Source: Xanthobacteraceae bacterium | GTDB lineage: Bacteria > Pseudomonadota > Alphaproteobacteria > Rhizobiales > Xanthobacteraceae | NCBI GenBank assembly: GCA_049647485.1 | Contig: JBARXT010000197.1 | Coordinates: forward strand, 184-64,183 | Length of the DNA stretch: 64,000 nucleotides | Direction of reading: 5' to 3' | Shown: piece by piece, positions 11,445-20,363 of the stretch | How the letters are laid out: each line of letters opens with the position of its first letter | Numbering within the stretch: the stretch's first letter is position 1 | Notes under the pieces: generated by a model | The model's input: only the letters and a program-made list of their open reading frames with translations | Databases searched by the model: none | What the model was told of the DNA's origin: nothing | Position numbers and translations under genes: made by a program

Positions 11445-13040
11445 TTACCCTTGCGCGAAATGTTCGCTGAACTGCTGGCGCAACTCGACTTTGCGCAGCT
11501 TGCCGGTGGCGGTCATTGGCATGTCGTCCAGCAGCTTGACGAACTTCGGCACCTGAAAGCCGCCGAGGTGCTTGCGGCAATGCTCGATAATCGCGCCCTC
11601 GTCCGCCTGCGCGCCCGGCTTGAGCTTGATGAAGGCCGATACCGCCTCACCCCACTGCGGGTGCGGGAGGCCGACTACGGCGGCGGCAAGCACCGCCGGG
11701 TGGGCCATCAAGGTCTCCTCGATTTTCACCGAGGCGACGTTCTCGCCGCCGGACTTGATCATGTCCTTCTTCCGATCGAGGAACAGAACCTCGCCGTGAT
11801 CATCGATCAAACCAAGGTCGCCGGTGTGATGCCAGCCGAACTTGCGCGCGTCCTCGGTCGCCTTCGGGTCCTTGTAGTAACCGAGCATGACGTTGGGGCC
11901 GCGATGCACAATCTCGCCGACCTGATTGCGTGGCAGCAGATTTCCGTCGTCGTCCATGATCGCGGTTTCGTTGACGATCATCGACTCGCCCCAGTAGTTG
12001 CCGAAGCGCTTGAGCTGGCGATCCGGCTGCGACATCGTCGTCGCCGGATACATCTCGGTCTGGCCGCTCGGCTGCACGAAATTCGGGCACAGTTCGTCAA
12101 CGCATCGCTCCAGCAACGGGCGCGGCATCGGCGCCATGGTATAGATGCAGGTCCGCAAAGTGGAGAGATCGAACTCCTTGCGACGCGGGTGATCGAGGAT
12201 CGCCTGATACATCAGCGGCAGACCGATGAAGATCGAGAGCTTGTCGCGCTCGATCGCCTCCATGCAAGCCACCGGATCAAAACCACGCATCAGCGCCATC
12301 TTGCCGCCGACCGCGAGATAGGTCAGCAGCAATACGTGCGCCGCGCAGTGGAACAGCGGGAACTGGCCGGTGATGCCATCGTTGCGGTCGAGATGCATCT
12401 CGATGGCATTGCTCATTGCCGCCATCACCACCGCGAGATGACAATGCATCGCGCCCTTCGGCCGCGACGTGGTGCCGCTGGTGTAGATGATCATCGCCAG
12501 ATCGCGGTCGTCGAAGGCGATTTCCGGCTCGATGTCGGATTGGCCTTGAAGCAGCGCGTTGAATTCTTCCAGCCCCTGCTCTTTCGCCTTGCCGGCAAGA
12601 TCGACCGCGACCATCTTGACGTCACGCTGCTCCAGCGCCGCACGACGATCCGCCTGAGCGTGGAGATTGTCATCGATCAGCGCGAAGCGAACGCCGGCGT
12701 GATCGAGGATATAGCTCATGTCGTCGGGGCCGAGCATGGTGTTGATCGGCACCCACACCAGTCCGGCGCGATGGATGCCGAACAACGCTTTGACGAATTC
12801 GACCGAGTTGTTGCAGATGGTCGAAATCTTGTCGCCGGGCTTGAGGCCGCGCGCGACGAGATAATTGGCGAAGCGGTTGGCGTCGCGCTCCAGCTCCGTG
12901 TAGCTGACGCAGCGCACGCCTTCGGTGAGCGCGATGCGGTCAGGGAAACGGCGTGCGGCGCGTTTCAACAGGTCGCCGACGGCGACGCGACCGATGCGGC
13001 CCGGTCCCGGTACGCCACCGGTTGCTTCCAGATTACTCAT
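11445..13040 (-). CDS. AMP-dependent acyl-CoA synthetase
   Basis: 531 aa. YTSGTTSRPKGA, SGQTE, HTGDLG and MPMTATGK are present. A GGAGGAAG Shine-Dalgarno sequence lies just upstream of the ATG at 13040. Confidence 0.9.
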   Translation of the reverse strand: MSNLEATGGVPGPGRIGRVAVGDLLKRAARRFPDRIALTEGVRCVSYTELERDANRFANYLVARGLKPGDKISTICNNSVEFVKALFGIHRAGLVWVPINTMLGPDDMSYILDHAGVRFALIDDNLHAQADRRAALEQRDVKMVAVDLAGKAKEQGLEEFNALLQGQSDIEPEIAFDDRDLAMIIYTSGTTSRPKGAMHCHLAVVMAAMSNAIEMHLDRNDGITGQFPLFHCAAHVLLLTYLAVGGKMALMRGFDPVACMEAIERDKLSIFIGLPLMYQAILDHPRRKEFDLSTLRTCIYTMAPMPRPLLERCVDELCPNFVQPSGQTEMYPATTMSQPDRQLKRFGNYWGESMIVNETAIMDDDGNLLPRNQVGEIVHRGPNVMLGYYKDPKATEDARKFGWHHTGDLGLIDDHGEVLFLDRKKDMIKSGGENVASVKIEETLMAHPAVLAAAVVGLPHPQWGEAVSAFIKLKPGAQADEGAIIEHCRKHLGGFQVPKFVKLLDDMPMTATGKLRKVELRQQFSEHFAQG

Positions 13041-13105
13041 GATGATCTTCCTCCCGATTGTGCAATGCCGCGGCTCTGCGGCCGCTGGCCTTCCGTTATT
13101 TGATG

Positions 13106-13972
13106 CTAGTTCCTGATTCCGAAAATCTGCCGCGCTTCGGCCGGGCTTGCAATCGTGCGGCCGGCCTCGCGAGCATATTGCGCCATGGTTTCGATCAATT
13201 GGCCGTTGGACGTCACCTTGCTGCCGTCGGGGCGATAGAACGTATCCTCAAGTCCCGTGCGCAAATGACCGCCGAGTTCAGCACAACGGCGATGCAGCGG
13301 CCAGATTTCGGCGCGGCCGATCGCGGTGACCTGGAATTTTGCGTCTGGCAGCTTCAGCTTGATGAGAATGGGCAGCAATTCGGGATCGGCCGGCATTCCC
13401 GACGCAACCCCCATGACGAAGTTGTATTCCAGCGGGCCCGCATACATGCCGGTCTGGCGATACATTCCGACGCAACGGACAATGCCGACATCGAAGCATT
13501 CGAACTCCGGCACCGTGCCGGCATCCTTCATCGCATCGAGAAAGTCCTGCACCTTCTCCACCGAATTGTCGAACATCATCGGCGGCCAGGCCCAAGTGTT
13601 GTCGGCTTTCACTTTCAGGTAGTTCAGCGAGCCGGCATTGCAGGCCGCCATTTCGGGCTTCGTCTCGCGCACGCAGGCGAGCGGGCCGGCATATTCGGGA
13701 CCTGAGGTGCCAGTGGTGTGATTGATGATGACGCCCGGACAGGCCTCGCGGATCGCCTGCTGAATCTCGCGCGAAACGCTGACCTCCCACGATGGCAGGT
13801 GACCCTTGTTCGGGGCCTGCTGGCGCAAATGGATATGCATGACGCTGGCGCCGGCGTCGTACGCAGCCTTGGCCTCGCGCGCCATTTCTTTCGGCGTTAC
13901 CGGCACATGATGCTGCTTGGGATCGGTCAGCACGCCGTTCAGCGCGCAGGTGATGACAACCTTGTCGCTCAT
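13106..13972 (-). CDS. Beta-keto acid cleavage enzyme family protein (BKACE / DUF849, 3-keto-5-aminohexanoate cleavage enzyme-like)
   Basis: 288 aa. The family N-terminus VVITCALNG...TPKEMA...AGASVMHIHLR is present, and the length is typical for a TIM-barrel protein. Confidence 0.8.
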   Translation of the reverse strand: MSDKVVITCALNGVLTDPKQHHVPVTPKEMAREAKAAYDAGASVMHIHLRQQAPNKGHLPSWEVSVSREIQQAIREACPGVIINHTTGTSGPEYAGPLACVRETKPEMAACNAGSLNYLKVKADNTWAWPPMMFDNSVEKVQDFLDAMKDAGTVPEFECFDVGIVRCVGMYRQTGMYAGPLEYNFVMGVASGMPADPELLPILIKLKLPDAKFQVTAIGRAEIWPLHRRCAELGGHLRTGLEDTFYRPDGSKVTSNGQLIETMAQYAREAGRTIASPAEARQIFGIRN

Positions 13973-14139
13973 GCCGGAAAAGCCCTCATTTGCCTGCCGA
14001 TCATGGTCGGCGGATGCGTGAGGACATGATGCGAAACCGCTTGCACGGCTTCTTGCGTCAACCGGCTATTGCGATGTCGTGGGCGTCAAGGGTTCGCTGA
14101 AGAGGGATTGGTGTATTCGGGTACGTTTCATTACAGCCC

Positions 14140-14226
14140 GTCATGGCCGGATTTATTCCGGCCATCCACGTCTTGATCTGCCGCCTGCAAGAATCGTGGA
14201 TGACCGGGACAAGCCCGGTCATGACG
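14140..14226. repeat. REP-like hairpin element, family A (copy 1, double hairpin)
   Basis: The element reads GTCATGGCCGGATTTATTCCGGCCATCCACG ... CGTGGATGACCGGGACAAGCCCGGTCATGACG. It is intergenic, between the BKACE and AraC genes. Confidence 0.75.
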
Positions 14227-14241
14227 AAATAATCGAGGCTC

Positions 14242-15057
14242 TCAAGATCTGCCGGAACGCAAACCGAGTTCGATCGACGCATCGCTGCGATAGATCGCGA
14301 GATCGCGCGAGCCGATGAAGATGGAGCGCGGCTTCAATCCGTAGAAACGGCGGATGGAATGGCTGAAATGCGTCGAATCCGGATAGCCGATGTCCTGCGC
14401 CAGATGCGCGAGATTGATGTCCTCATTGACGTAATGCAGCAGATGCCGCGCCCGCTTCCAGGCCCTGAAGGCGCGGAACGACACGCCGGTCTGCTCCTTG
14501 AACAGATGCAGGAAGCGCGATTGCGACAACCGCACCGCCGCCGCGCACTCGGCTGCGTTGACATTGACATTGGAGAATTCGCACAGCCTCGCGATGGAAT
14601 CGACGATCCGCTGGTCAAGCGCACGCGCCGCGAGCGGCTCGCCGAAAAAGATCGTGTCAAACTCGCAGGTGGTGAACCCCTCGCGGCGGCCGGTGATGCG
14701 CAGCGCATCGTAGGCGCCGCGAATCCGCGCCGTCATCGCCTCGCCGGCCGGACCGAGCAGACGCTGTTCGAGCGCCCGCAGCGCCGACGGCAGCACCGTT
14801 TCCGGCTCGATCAGTATGCAAATGGTCGAGGGATAGTCACTTTCGACGCTGTGCACGGTATAGGGCGCCACCACGACCATCTCACCGCGCGTGACCGTGC
14901 CGCCTTGCACGACGCTGAGTTCTCCATGCAGCGCGACATAAACATTCAGGCCGCCGCTGGTTCGCCGTTTCGGCTTGCCGAGCAGTCCGGCATAGAAAAC
15001 CCGCTCCGGACTGATCAACATCAGATGTCCTGAAGCCGGGCGCGCGCCGTCGTCCAT
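14242..15057 (-). CDS. AraC-family transcriptional regulator
   Basis: From ORF 14242..15546, trimmed to MDDGARP at 15057. The C-terminal double HTH reads SQSRFLHLFKEQTGVSFRAFRAWKRARH ... IGYPDSTHFSHSIRRFYGLKP. Confidence 0.8.
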   Translation of the reverse strand: MDDGARPASGHLMLISPERVFYAGLLGKPKRRTSGGLNVYVALHGELSVVQGGTVTRGEMVVVAPYTVHSVESDYPSTICILIEPETVLPSALRALEQRLLGPAGEAMTARIRGAYDALRITGRREGFTTCEFDTIFFGEPLAARALDQRIVDSIARLCEFSNVNVNAAECAAAVRLSQSRFLHLFKEQTGVSFRAFRAWKRARHLLHYVNEDINLAHLAQDIGYPDSTHFSHSIRRFYGLKPRSIFIGSRDLAIYRSDASIELGLRSGRS

Positions 15058-15235
15058 GCTGTTCGCTCCCGCGATCGCCGTTCCTGTCGCGCCGGGTCCT
15101 TGGTCCCCGGCGCGGCCCTCTCCGGGGCTTGCCGAGCATACAGCAACCGGACCGGAAGTCACCGCCGAACGGCCCCGGTCTCGACGTGTCGCGACGCCTG
15201 CGGCGAAGCATCGCGCCGGTGTGGCTGCGCTCTCC

Positions 15236-15886
15236 TCAGGTTCGCCGCGGAACCTTTTGCTCCTCGCTGGCGCGGGTTTCCGCAGCCACGGCGCGCTGGT
15301 AGCCCTCGCGCTGCTGCAGGCGCGCCCAATAGGCCGCGACGTTCGGCCCGAAATCCTTGGCGAGCCCGATGTTTCCGGCGAGGCGCAGCGCATAGCCGTT
15401 GACGATATCGGCGGCGGTGAAGCGCCCGGCGCACAGCGTTTCCGTCTGCCCGGTCGCCGCCTCAACGACACGCAGCCGGCCCAGGAACCATTTCGCGTAA
15501 TCCTGCACCACCTGCGGATTGCGCCGCTCCTCCGGCTCCAACTCACCGTAGCGGAGCACCAGCGTCTGCGGAAAGGTCAACGTCGCGTCGCTGAAATACA
15601 TCCAGTTCAGGAACGCCCCAAAGGCCGGCTCGTCCGGCCCGACGATCAGCGGCGTCGGCCCGTGACGGGTGCCAAGATAGTGACAGATCCCGGAAGACTC
15701 CGACATCCTGGTGTCGCCATCGATCATGAACGGGATGGTGCCGAGCGGATTGATCGCGAGATATTCCTTCGCCAGCACGCGCGGCGGGAACGGGAGCATC
15801 TTGAGTTCATAGGGAAGCCCAAGCTCCTCCAGCATCCACAACGGACGAAATGAGCGCGCGCCGAAGCAGTGATAGAGCGTGATCAT
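15236..15886 (-). CDS. Glutathione S-transferase
   Basis: From ORF 15236..15940. The start MITLYHCFGARSFRPLW at 15886 overlaps the stop of the upstream dehydrogenase (ATGA). A thioredoxin-like N-terminal domain is followed by a helical C-terminal domain. Confidence 0.85.
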   Translation of the reverse strand: MITLYHCFGARSFRPLWMLEELGLPYELKMLPFPPRVLAKEYLAINPLGTIPFMIDGDTRMSESSGICHYLGTRHGPTPLIVGPDEPAFGAFLNWMYFSDATLTFPQTLVLRYGELEPEERRNPQVVQDYAKWFLGRLRVVEAATGQTETLCAGRFTAADIVNGYALRLAGNIGLAKDFGPNVAAYWARLQQREGYQRAVAAETRASEEQKVPRRT

Positions 15887-17058
15887 TTCGCCTCCGGCTT
15901 GTTGGTTTTCGCTCCCGGCAGCGTGCCCATCATCTTGCACAGGATCGACAGCATCACTTCATCGGCGCCGCCGCCGATCGAAGTCAGGCGGCCGTCGCGA
16001 TAGGCGCGGCTCACCGGCGTCTCGTTCATGAAGCCCATACCGCCCCAATATTGCAGGCAGGCGTCAGGCACTTCGCGGTTGAGCCGCCCCGCGCGCAGCT
16101 TCGCCATGGTGGCGAGCTTGGTGACATCCTCGCCCGCGACCAGGGCCTCGGCCGCGCGATAAATCAGCGAGCGCAATAACTCGACTTCGGTTTGCAGCTC
16201 GGCAAGCCGGAAATGCACCACCTGATTATCGAGAATGCTTTGGCCGAACGCCTTGCGGTTGCGCGTGTATTCGATGGTATCATCAATGATGACCTCATGG
16301 CGCTTCAGCCCGGCGGCCGCGCCCCACAACCGCTCTTCCTGAAACTGGATCATCTGATAGGTGAAGCCCTTGCCTTCCTCGCCGATCCGGTTGCGTTTCG
16401 GCACGCGGACGTCCTCGAAGAAAATCTGCGCGGTGTCCGACGAGCGCATGCCCATCTTGTCAAGCTTGCGGGCGACGTTAACGCCCTTGCTCTTCATCGG
16501 AACGCAAATCAGCGACTTGTTGCGGTGAACTGCTCCGTCGCTGGTATTGGCCAAAAGGCAAATCCAGTCGGCCTGGGTGCCGTTGGTGATCCACAGCTTG
16601 CCGCCATTGATGACGTAGTCGTCGCCGTCCGAACGCGCATTGGTCTTGATCGAAGCGACGTCCGAACCCGCGCCCGGCTCGGAAACACCGATGCAGGCCA
16701 CCATGTCCCCGGCGACCGCCGGAGCAAGAAATTCGCGTCGCACCTCGTCGGAGCCGAACTTCGCCAACGCCGGCGTCGCCATGTCGGTCTGCACGCCGAT
16801 GGCCATCGGCACCCCGCCGCAGCGAATGTTGCCGAGTTCTTCCGCCATCATCAACGCGTAGCTGTAGTCGAGCCCTTGCCCGCCGAACTCGACCGGCTTG
16901 TTGAGACCGAGAAAGCCGAGATCGCCGAGTTTCTTGAACACCTCGTGCGCCGGGAAGATGCCGTCGGCTTCCCACTGATCGACATGCGGGTTGATCTCGT
17001 TGGCGATGAACCTTTGCAGAATGCGGCGCGGCTCGTCGTGATCGGCGGTGAAAAGCAT
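15883..17058 (-). CDS. Acyl-CoA dehydrogenase
   Basis: 391 aa. ACAD N-terminal, middle and C-terminal domain features are present: GVSEPGAGSD, KLWITNG and YWGGMGF...RDGRLTSIGGGADEV. Confidence 0.9.
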   Translation of the reverse strand: MLFTADHDEPRRILQRFIANEINPHVDQWEADGIFPAHEVFKKLGDLGFLGLNKPVEFGGQGLDYSYALMMAEELGNIRCGGVPMAIGVQTDMATPALAKFGSDEVRREFLAPAVAGDMVACIGVSEPGAGSDVASIKTNARSDGDDYVINGGKLWITNGTQADWICLLANTSDGAVHRNKSLICVPMKSKGVNVARKLDKMGMRSSDTAQIFFEDVRVPKRNRIGEEGKGFTYQMIQFQEERLWGAAAGLKRHEVIIDDTIEYTRNRKAFGQSILDNQVVHFRLAELQTEVELLRSLIYRAAEALVAGEDVTKLATMAKLRAGRLNREVPDACLQYWGGMGFMNETPVSRAYRDGRLTSIGGGADEVMLSILCKMMGTLPGAKTNKPEAK

Positions 17059-17092
17059 CCTCGGTCGTTCCTCTCGTTTTATTGTAATCTTG

Positions 17093-18241
17093 TTACAGTC
17101 CCATCTGACGGCTGGCGAGATCCTTCATGATCTCCTCGGTGCCGCCGCCAATCGCATTGACCTTGACCTCGCGATAGATGCGCTCGACCTTGACGCCGCG
17201 CATGAAACCCGCGCCGCCAAAGATCTGCACGGCTTCGGAAGCGCAGAACGCCATGGTCTGGGTTGCCTGGTTCTTCAGCATGCAGATTTCGGCCACCGGA
17301 CTTTCACCCTGATCGAGCCGCCACGCCAGCATTTCCAGCATGGCCTGCGAAGCCGCGACGCGTTGCGCCATGTCGACCAGCTTGTGACGGATTACCTGAT
17401 GCTGGGTCAACGGCTTGCCGAAGGTGTGACGCTGCTTCGCATACTCGATGGCTTCGTCGAGGCAGACCCGGGCCGCCGCGGTGCAACCCGCCGCCATGGT
17501 CAGGCGCTCGCTGTTGAAATTATGCATGATGATCTTGAAGCCGGCACCTTCCTCGCCAAGCAGATTGCCGGCGGGCACGCGGCAATTGTCGAAGTGCAAG
17601 GTCGCGGTATCGGACGCCCACCAACCCATTTTCTTCAGCTGTGTGCGTGACAGGCCGGGCGTATCGCCGGGGATCACGAGCAGGCTGACGCCGCCCGGCC
17701 CCGGCCCGCCGGTGCGCACCGCCGTCGTGATATAGTCCGCGCGCATTCCCGAGGTGATGAAGGTCTTCTCGCCGTTGACCACGTAAACGTCGCCCTCACG
17801 CCGCGCGCTGGTATGCAGGTTGGCGACGTCGGAACCCCCGCTCGGCTCGGTGATGGCCAGCGCCGAGATTTTCTCGCCGGACAGAATTTGCGGTAGCACC
17901 TTCGCCTTGAATTCCGCCGTGCCGGCACGCGCGATCGGCGGCGCACCGATCGAGTGACTCTTCAGGCTGGCGCTGACACCGCCGGCGCCCGCGCGCGCCA
18001 ATTCCTGCACCGAGACGATCCACATGAAATTGTCAGCCGGCGTGCCGCCGTATTCCTCCGGAAAGCCGAGCCCGAGCAGGCCGATCTCCGCCGCCTTGCG
18101 ATAGAGATCACGCGGAAAGGTGCCGGCTTCGTCCCATTCATGGGCGTAAGGCTCGATTTCCTTCTCGACGAAGCGGCGCACCACATCACGAAATGCCAGA
18201 TGATCGGCATTGTAGAACGGGCTCTTGGCCACGGCAGACAC
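17093..18241 (-). CDS. Acyl-CoA dehydrogenase
   Basis: 382 aa. ITEPSGGSDV, KTFITSG and QIFGGAGFM...YREVKVNAIGGGTEEI are present. Confidence 0.9.
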   Translation of the reverse strand: MSAVAKSPFYNADHLAFRDVVRRFVEKEIEPYAHEWDEAGTFPRDLYRKAAEIGLLGLGFPEEYGGTPADNFMWIVSVQELARAGAGGVSASLKSHSIGAPPIARAGTAEFKAKVLPQILSGEKISALAITEPSGGSDVANLHTSARREGDVYVVNGEKTFITSGMRADYITTAVRTGGPGPGGVSLLVIPGDTPGLSRTQLKKMGWWASDTATLHFDNCRVPAGNLLGEEGAGFKIIMHNFNSERLTMAAGCTAAARVCLDEAIEYAKQRHTFGKPLTQHQVIRHKLVDMAQRVAASQAMLEMLAWRLDQGESPVAEICMLKNQATQTMAFCASEAVQIFGGAGFMRGVKVERIYREVKVNAIGGGTEEIMKDLASRQMGL

Positions 18242-18380
18242 CTTCCTGTCATCCCCGGTATTGCGCGGCAGGATGCCGGCAAACCGAATAGGTCACTTGC
18301 GTGGAGTCGCTGATCGCCACAATGGCCGTGGCGGCGCCCGCTGCGGCGTCCACACCGTCATCAACAGCCAATGGTAGCGC

Positions 18381-18392
18381 GAAACAGGTTTC
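18381..18392. promoter_or_regulatory. GAAAC-AG-GTTTC palindrome upstream of the TetR gene (candidate autoregulatory / dehydrogenase-operon operator)
   Basis: It lies in the divergent region between the ACAD (start 18241) and the TetR gene (start 18460). Its form matches the G/CAAAC-N2-4-GTTTG/C type reported for the fatty-acid-responsive TetR regulator PsrA. Confidence 0.4.
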
Positions 18393-18459
18393 TGGCCTAA
18401 AGTTGACAGAACATCCGCTCTTTCAGTCCGACCACTTCCATACCGAGAAGCCGCAAAAC

Positions 18460-19212
18460 ATGGCCCCGAGGCGACGGACGACGCAAGATTCCAGCCGCCC
18501 TTTTCCCACGATGCCGCCAGCCAAATCGCCCAGCCGCGCCAGAACCGCACCCCCGACTGCCCGCCGGCGCCGACCGACGGTCAATGACATCGATGTCGCG
18601 GCGCACGAGGCGGCCGATGCCGCGACCGCGTCGAAATCGCAGAAGTCGCGCGAGGCCATTCTCGAATCCGCCGCGAAACTGTTCCGTCGCCAGGGCTATT
18701 CCGCGACGACGCTGCGCCAGATCGCCGATCTCGCCGAGATCCAGGCCGGCAGCATCTACTATTATTTCGACTCCAAGAACGCGATCCTCGACGAGGTGCT
18801 CGACGAGGGCCTGCGCCGCGTTTTCAACGGGGTGAAGCTGAAGCTCAAGCAGGCCGGCGACGTCTCGCACCGCCAGAAAATCGCGCTGGCCATCGAGGCG
18901 CATCTTGTCGCGCTGCACGACGCCAGCGATTTCACCTCGGCCAACATTCGCATCTATGGCCAGTTGCCGGAGCATCTCAAAGGTCCGCACCGCGCTATCC
19001 GGCGGGCTTACGCGCGCTATTGGGACCGCCTGCTCTCGGACGCCCAAAAGGCCGGAGCCATCCGCGCCGACATCGAACTCATTCCGCTACGCATTTTCGT
19101 GCTCGGTGCGCTGAACTGGACGGTAGAGTGGTTCGATCTCAGTAAGAAAGACGCCGTGCAAAAACTGGCGCACCGCACCGAGTCGATCATTTTCGACGGC
19201 GTAAAGCGGTAA
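18460..19212 (+). CDS. TetR/AcrR-family transcriptional regulator with a long basic Pro/Arg-rich N-terminal tail
   Basis: From ORF 18301..19212. In-frame ATGs lie at 18460 and 18511, with none closer to the HTH. The HTH reads REAILESAAKLFRRQGYSATTLRQIADLAEIQAGSIYYYFDSK. Confidence 0.8.
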   Translation: MAPRRRTTQDSSRPFPTMPPAKSPSRARTAPPTARRRRPTVNDIDVAAHEAADAATASKSQKSREAILESAAKLFRRQGYSATTLRQIADLAEIQAGSIYYYFDSKNAILDEVLDEGLRRVFNGVKLKLKQAGDVSHRQKIALAIEAHLVALHDASDFTSANIRIYGQLPEHLKGPHRAIRRAYARYWDRLLSDAQKAGAIRADIELIPLRIFVLGALNWTVEWFDLSKKDAVQKLAHRTESIIFDGVKR

Positions 19213-19240
19213 ACGCGACGCTCCTCGAAGCGTCTGTATC

Positions 19241-19332
19241 ATGGCCGTGCTTGTCCCGGCCATTCACGCCGCATGCGTTATTGTAGAAAGAAAGAAAGAC
19301 GTGGATGCTCGCGACAAGCGCGGGCATGACGG
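19241..19332. repeat. REP-like hairpin element, family A (copy 2)
   Basis: The element reads ATGGCCGTGCTTGTCCCGGCCATTCACG ... GACGTGGATGCTCGCGACAAGCGCGGGCATGACGG. It lies downstream of the TetR gene. Confidence 0.7.
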
Positions 19333-19352
19333 AGGTGGGCGTAAACCGCAAT

Positions 19353-19437
19353 CGTCATTGCGGGCGAAGCGAAGCAATCCAGAAAGGCACGAAATAGGGG
19401 CTGGATTGCTTCACCGCTTACGCTCCGCGGTAAGACG
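19353..19437. repeat. REP-like hairpin element, family B
   Basis: The outer segments are CGTCATTGCGGGCGAAGC and GCTTACGCTCCGCGGTAAGACG. The perfect 12-bp inner stem is GAAGCAATCCAG (19371-19382) paired with CTGGATTGCTTC (19401-19412). Confidence 0.7.
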
Positions 19438-19483
19438 GTTAGGGGTGCGCGATGCTGAAACTACCTGCCCTTCGAACTATCTC

Positions 19484-20269
19484 TCACTTACCCTGCCAGT
19501 TCGGCTTGCGTTTTTCGGTAAACGCCTTCGGCCCTTCGATAGCATCCTGACTGGCATAAACCTCCTCGTGAAGGCGGCCAGCCTCGATCAATCCCTTTTC
19601 AAGGCCAAGGTCCATCGCCGCCAGGACGCTTCCCTTGGCCGCCTTCACCGACAGCGGCGCGCCCTCGACGATCTTGCGCGCCAGTTGCAGCGCGCGGGCG
19701 CGTACTGCATCCGGCGTATCCTCGAGATAGTTCAGAAAGCCGTAGCTCGCGAGTTGCTCGATCGGTACGGTTTCACCGGTCAGCACCAGTTCCATCAGCA
19801 CCGGCTGCGGCAACATCCAGAGCAGCGGCACAGCCCATGGTGAGCCCCGACCCATCTTGACCTCGGTAATGCCGGCGCGTGTGCCGCGCAGGCCGACGCG
19901 CAAATCCGACTTGATCGCAAGCAGCATGCCGCCCGCCATTAGCGATCCGGTCATCGCCGCGATGATCGGCTTCGTGACATTGCGCATCGCGGTCTGCATC
20001 GGGTCGCGCATCAAGGTCAGGATATCGACGCCGTCGCGCGCTCGTATCTCGGCAGCCTGCTTGAGATCGAGCCCGGCCGAAAACACGCCGCAATCCGCCG
20101 ACGTCAGAATGACGACGCGCACGGCCTTGTCGTCCTCAACCCGAGCCCATGCTTCCGTCAGGCCATTCATCGCCTCGACCGACAGCGCGTTCTTGCGCTC
20201 GGGGCGGTCGATGATGACGGTGGCGATGCCGTCCTCGACGACATAACGGATCGGCGCATTCTCCGGCAT
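19484..20269 (-). CDS. Enoyl-CoA hydratase/isomerase
   Basis: From ORF 19484..20296, with the start moved to the ATG at 20269 (MPENAPIRYVV). The upstream ATG lies inside the palindromic operator. IDRPERKNAL, FSAGLDL and EGPKAFTEKRKP are present. Confidence 0.85.
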   Translation of the reverse strand: MPENAPIRYVVEDGIATVIIDRPERKNALSVEAMNGLTEAWARVEDDKAVRVVILTSADCGVFSAGLDLKQAAEIRARDGVDILTLMRDPMQTAMRNVTKPIIAAMTGSLMAGGMLLAIKSDLRVGLRGTRAGITEVKMGRGSPWAVPLLWMLPQPVLMELVLTGETVPIEQLASYGFLNYLEDTPDAVRARALQLARKIVEGAPLSVKAAKGSVLAAMDLGLEKGLIEAGRLHEEVYASQDAIEGPKAFTEKRKPNWQGK

Positions 20270-20288
20270 CGGGAGCCCTTTCACAAAT

Positions 20289-20304
20289 TCTAACATCTGT
20301 TAGA
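20289..20304. promoter_or_regulatory. Palindromic operator copy 1: TCTAACA-TC-TGTTAGA
   Basis: It lies in the divergent region between the hydratase (start 20269) and the SDR (start 20364). It is an A/T-rich perfect inverted repeat in GC-rich DNA. Confidence 0.7.
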
Positions 20305-20363
20305 TTATCGCAAAGTCGCCTTGGCCGCGACCCCAAACTGCAACGATCAACCTCAGGACCGCC

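Noticed and set aside
17083-17097. TGTAA-TCTTG-TTACA inverted repeat between the two ACAD genes. Its right half resembles the TGTTAGA operator arm.
   Set aside because: The left arm does not match TCTAACA and the spacing differs. It also overlaps the stop codon of the upstream ACAD within a 34-nt intercistronic gap. At most it is a weak half-site, so I do not count it as an operator copy.
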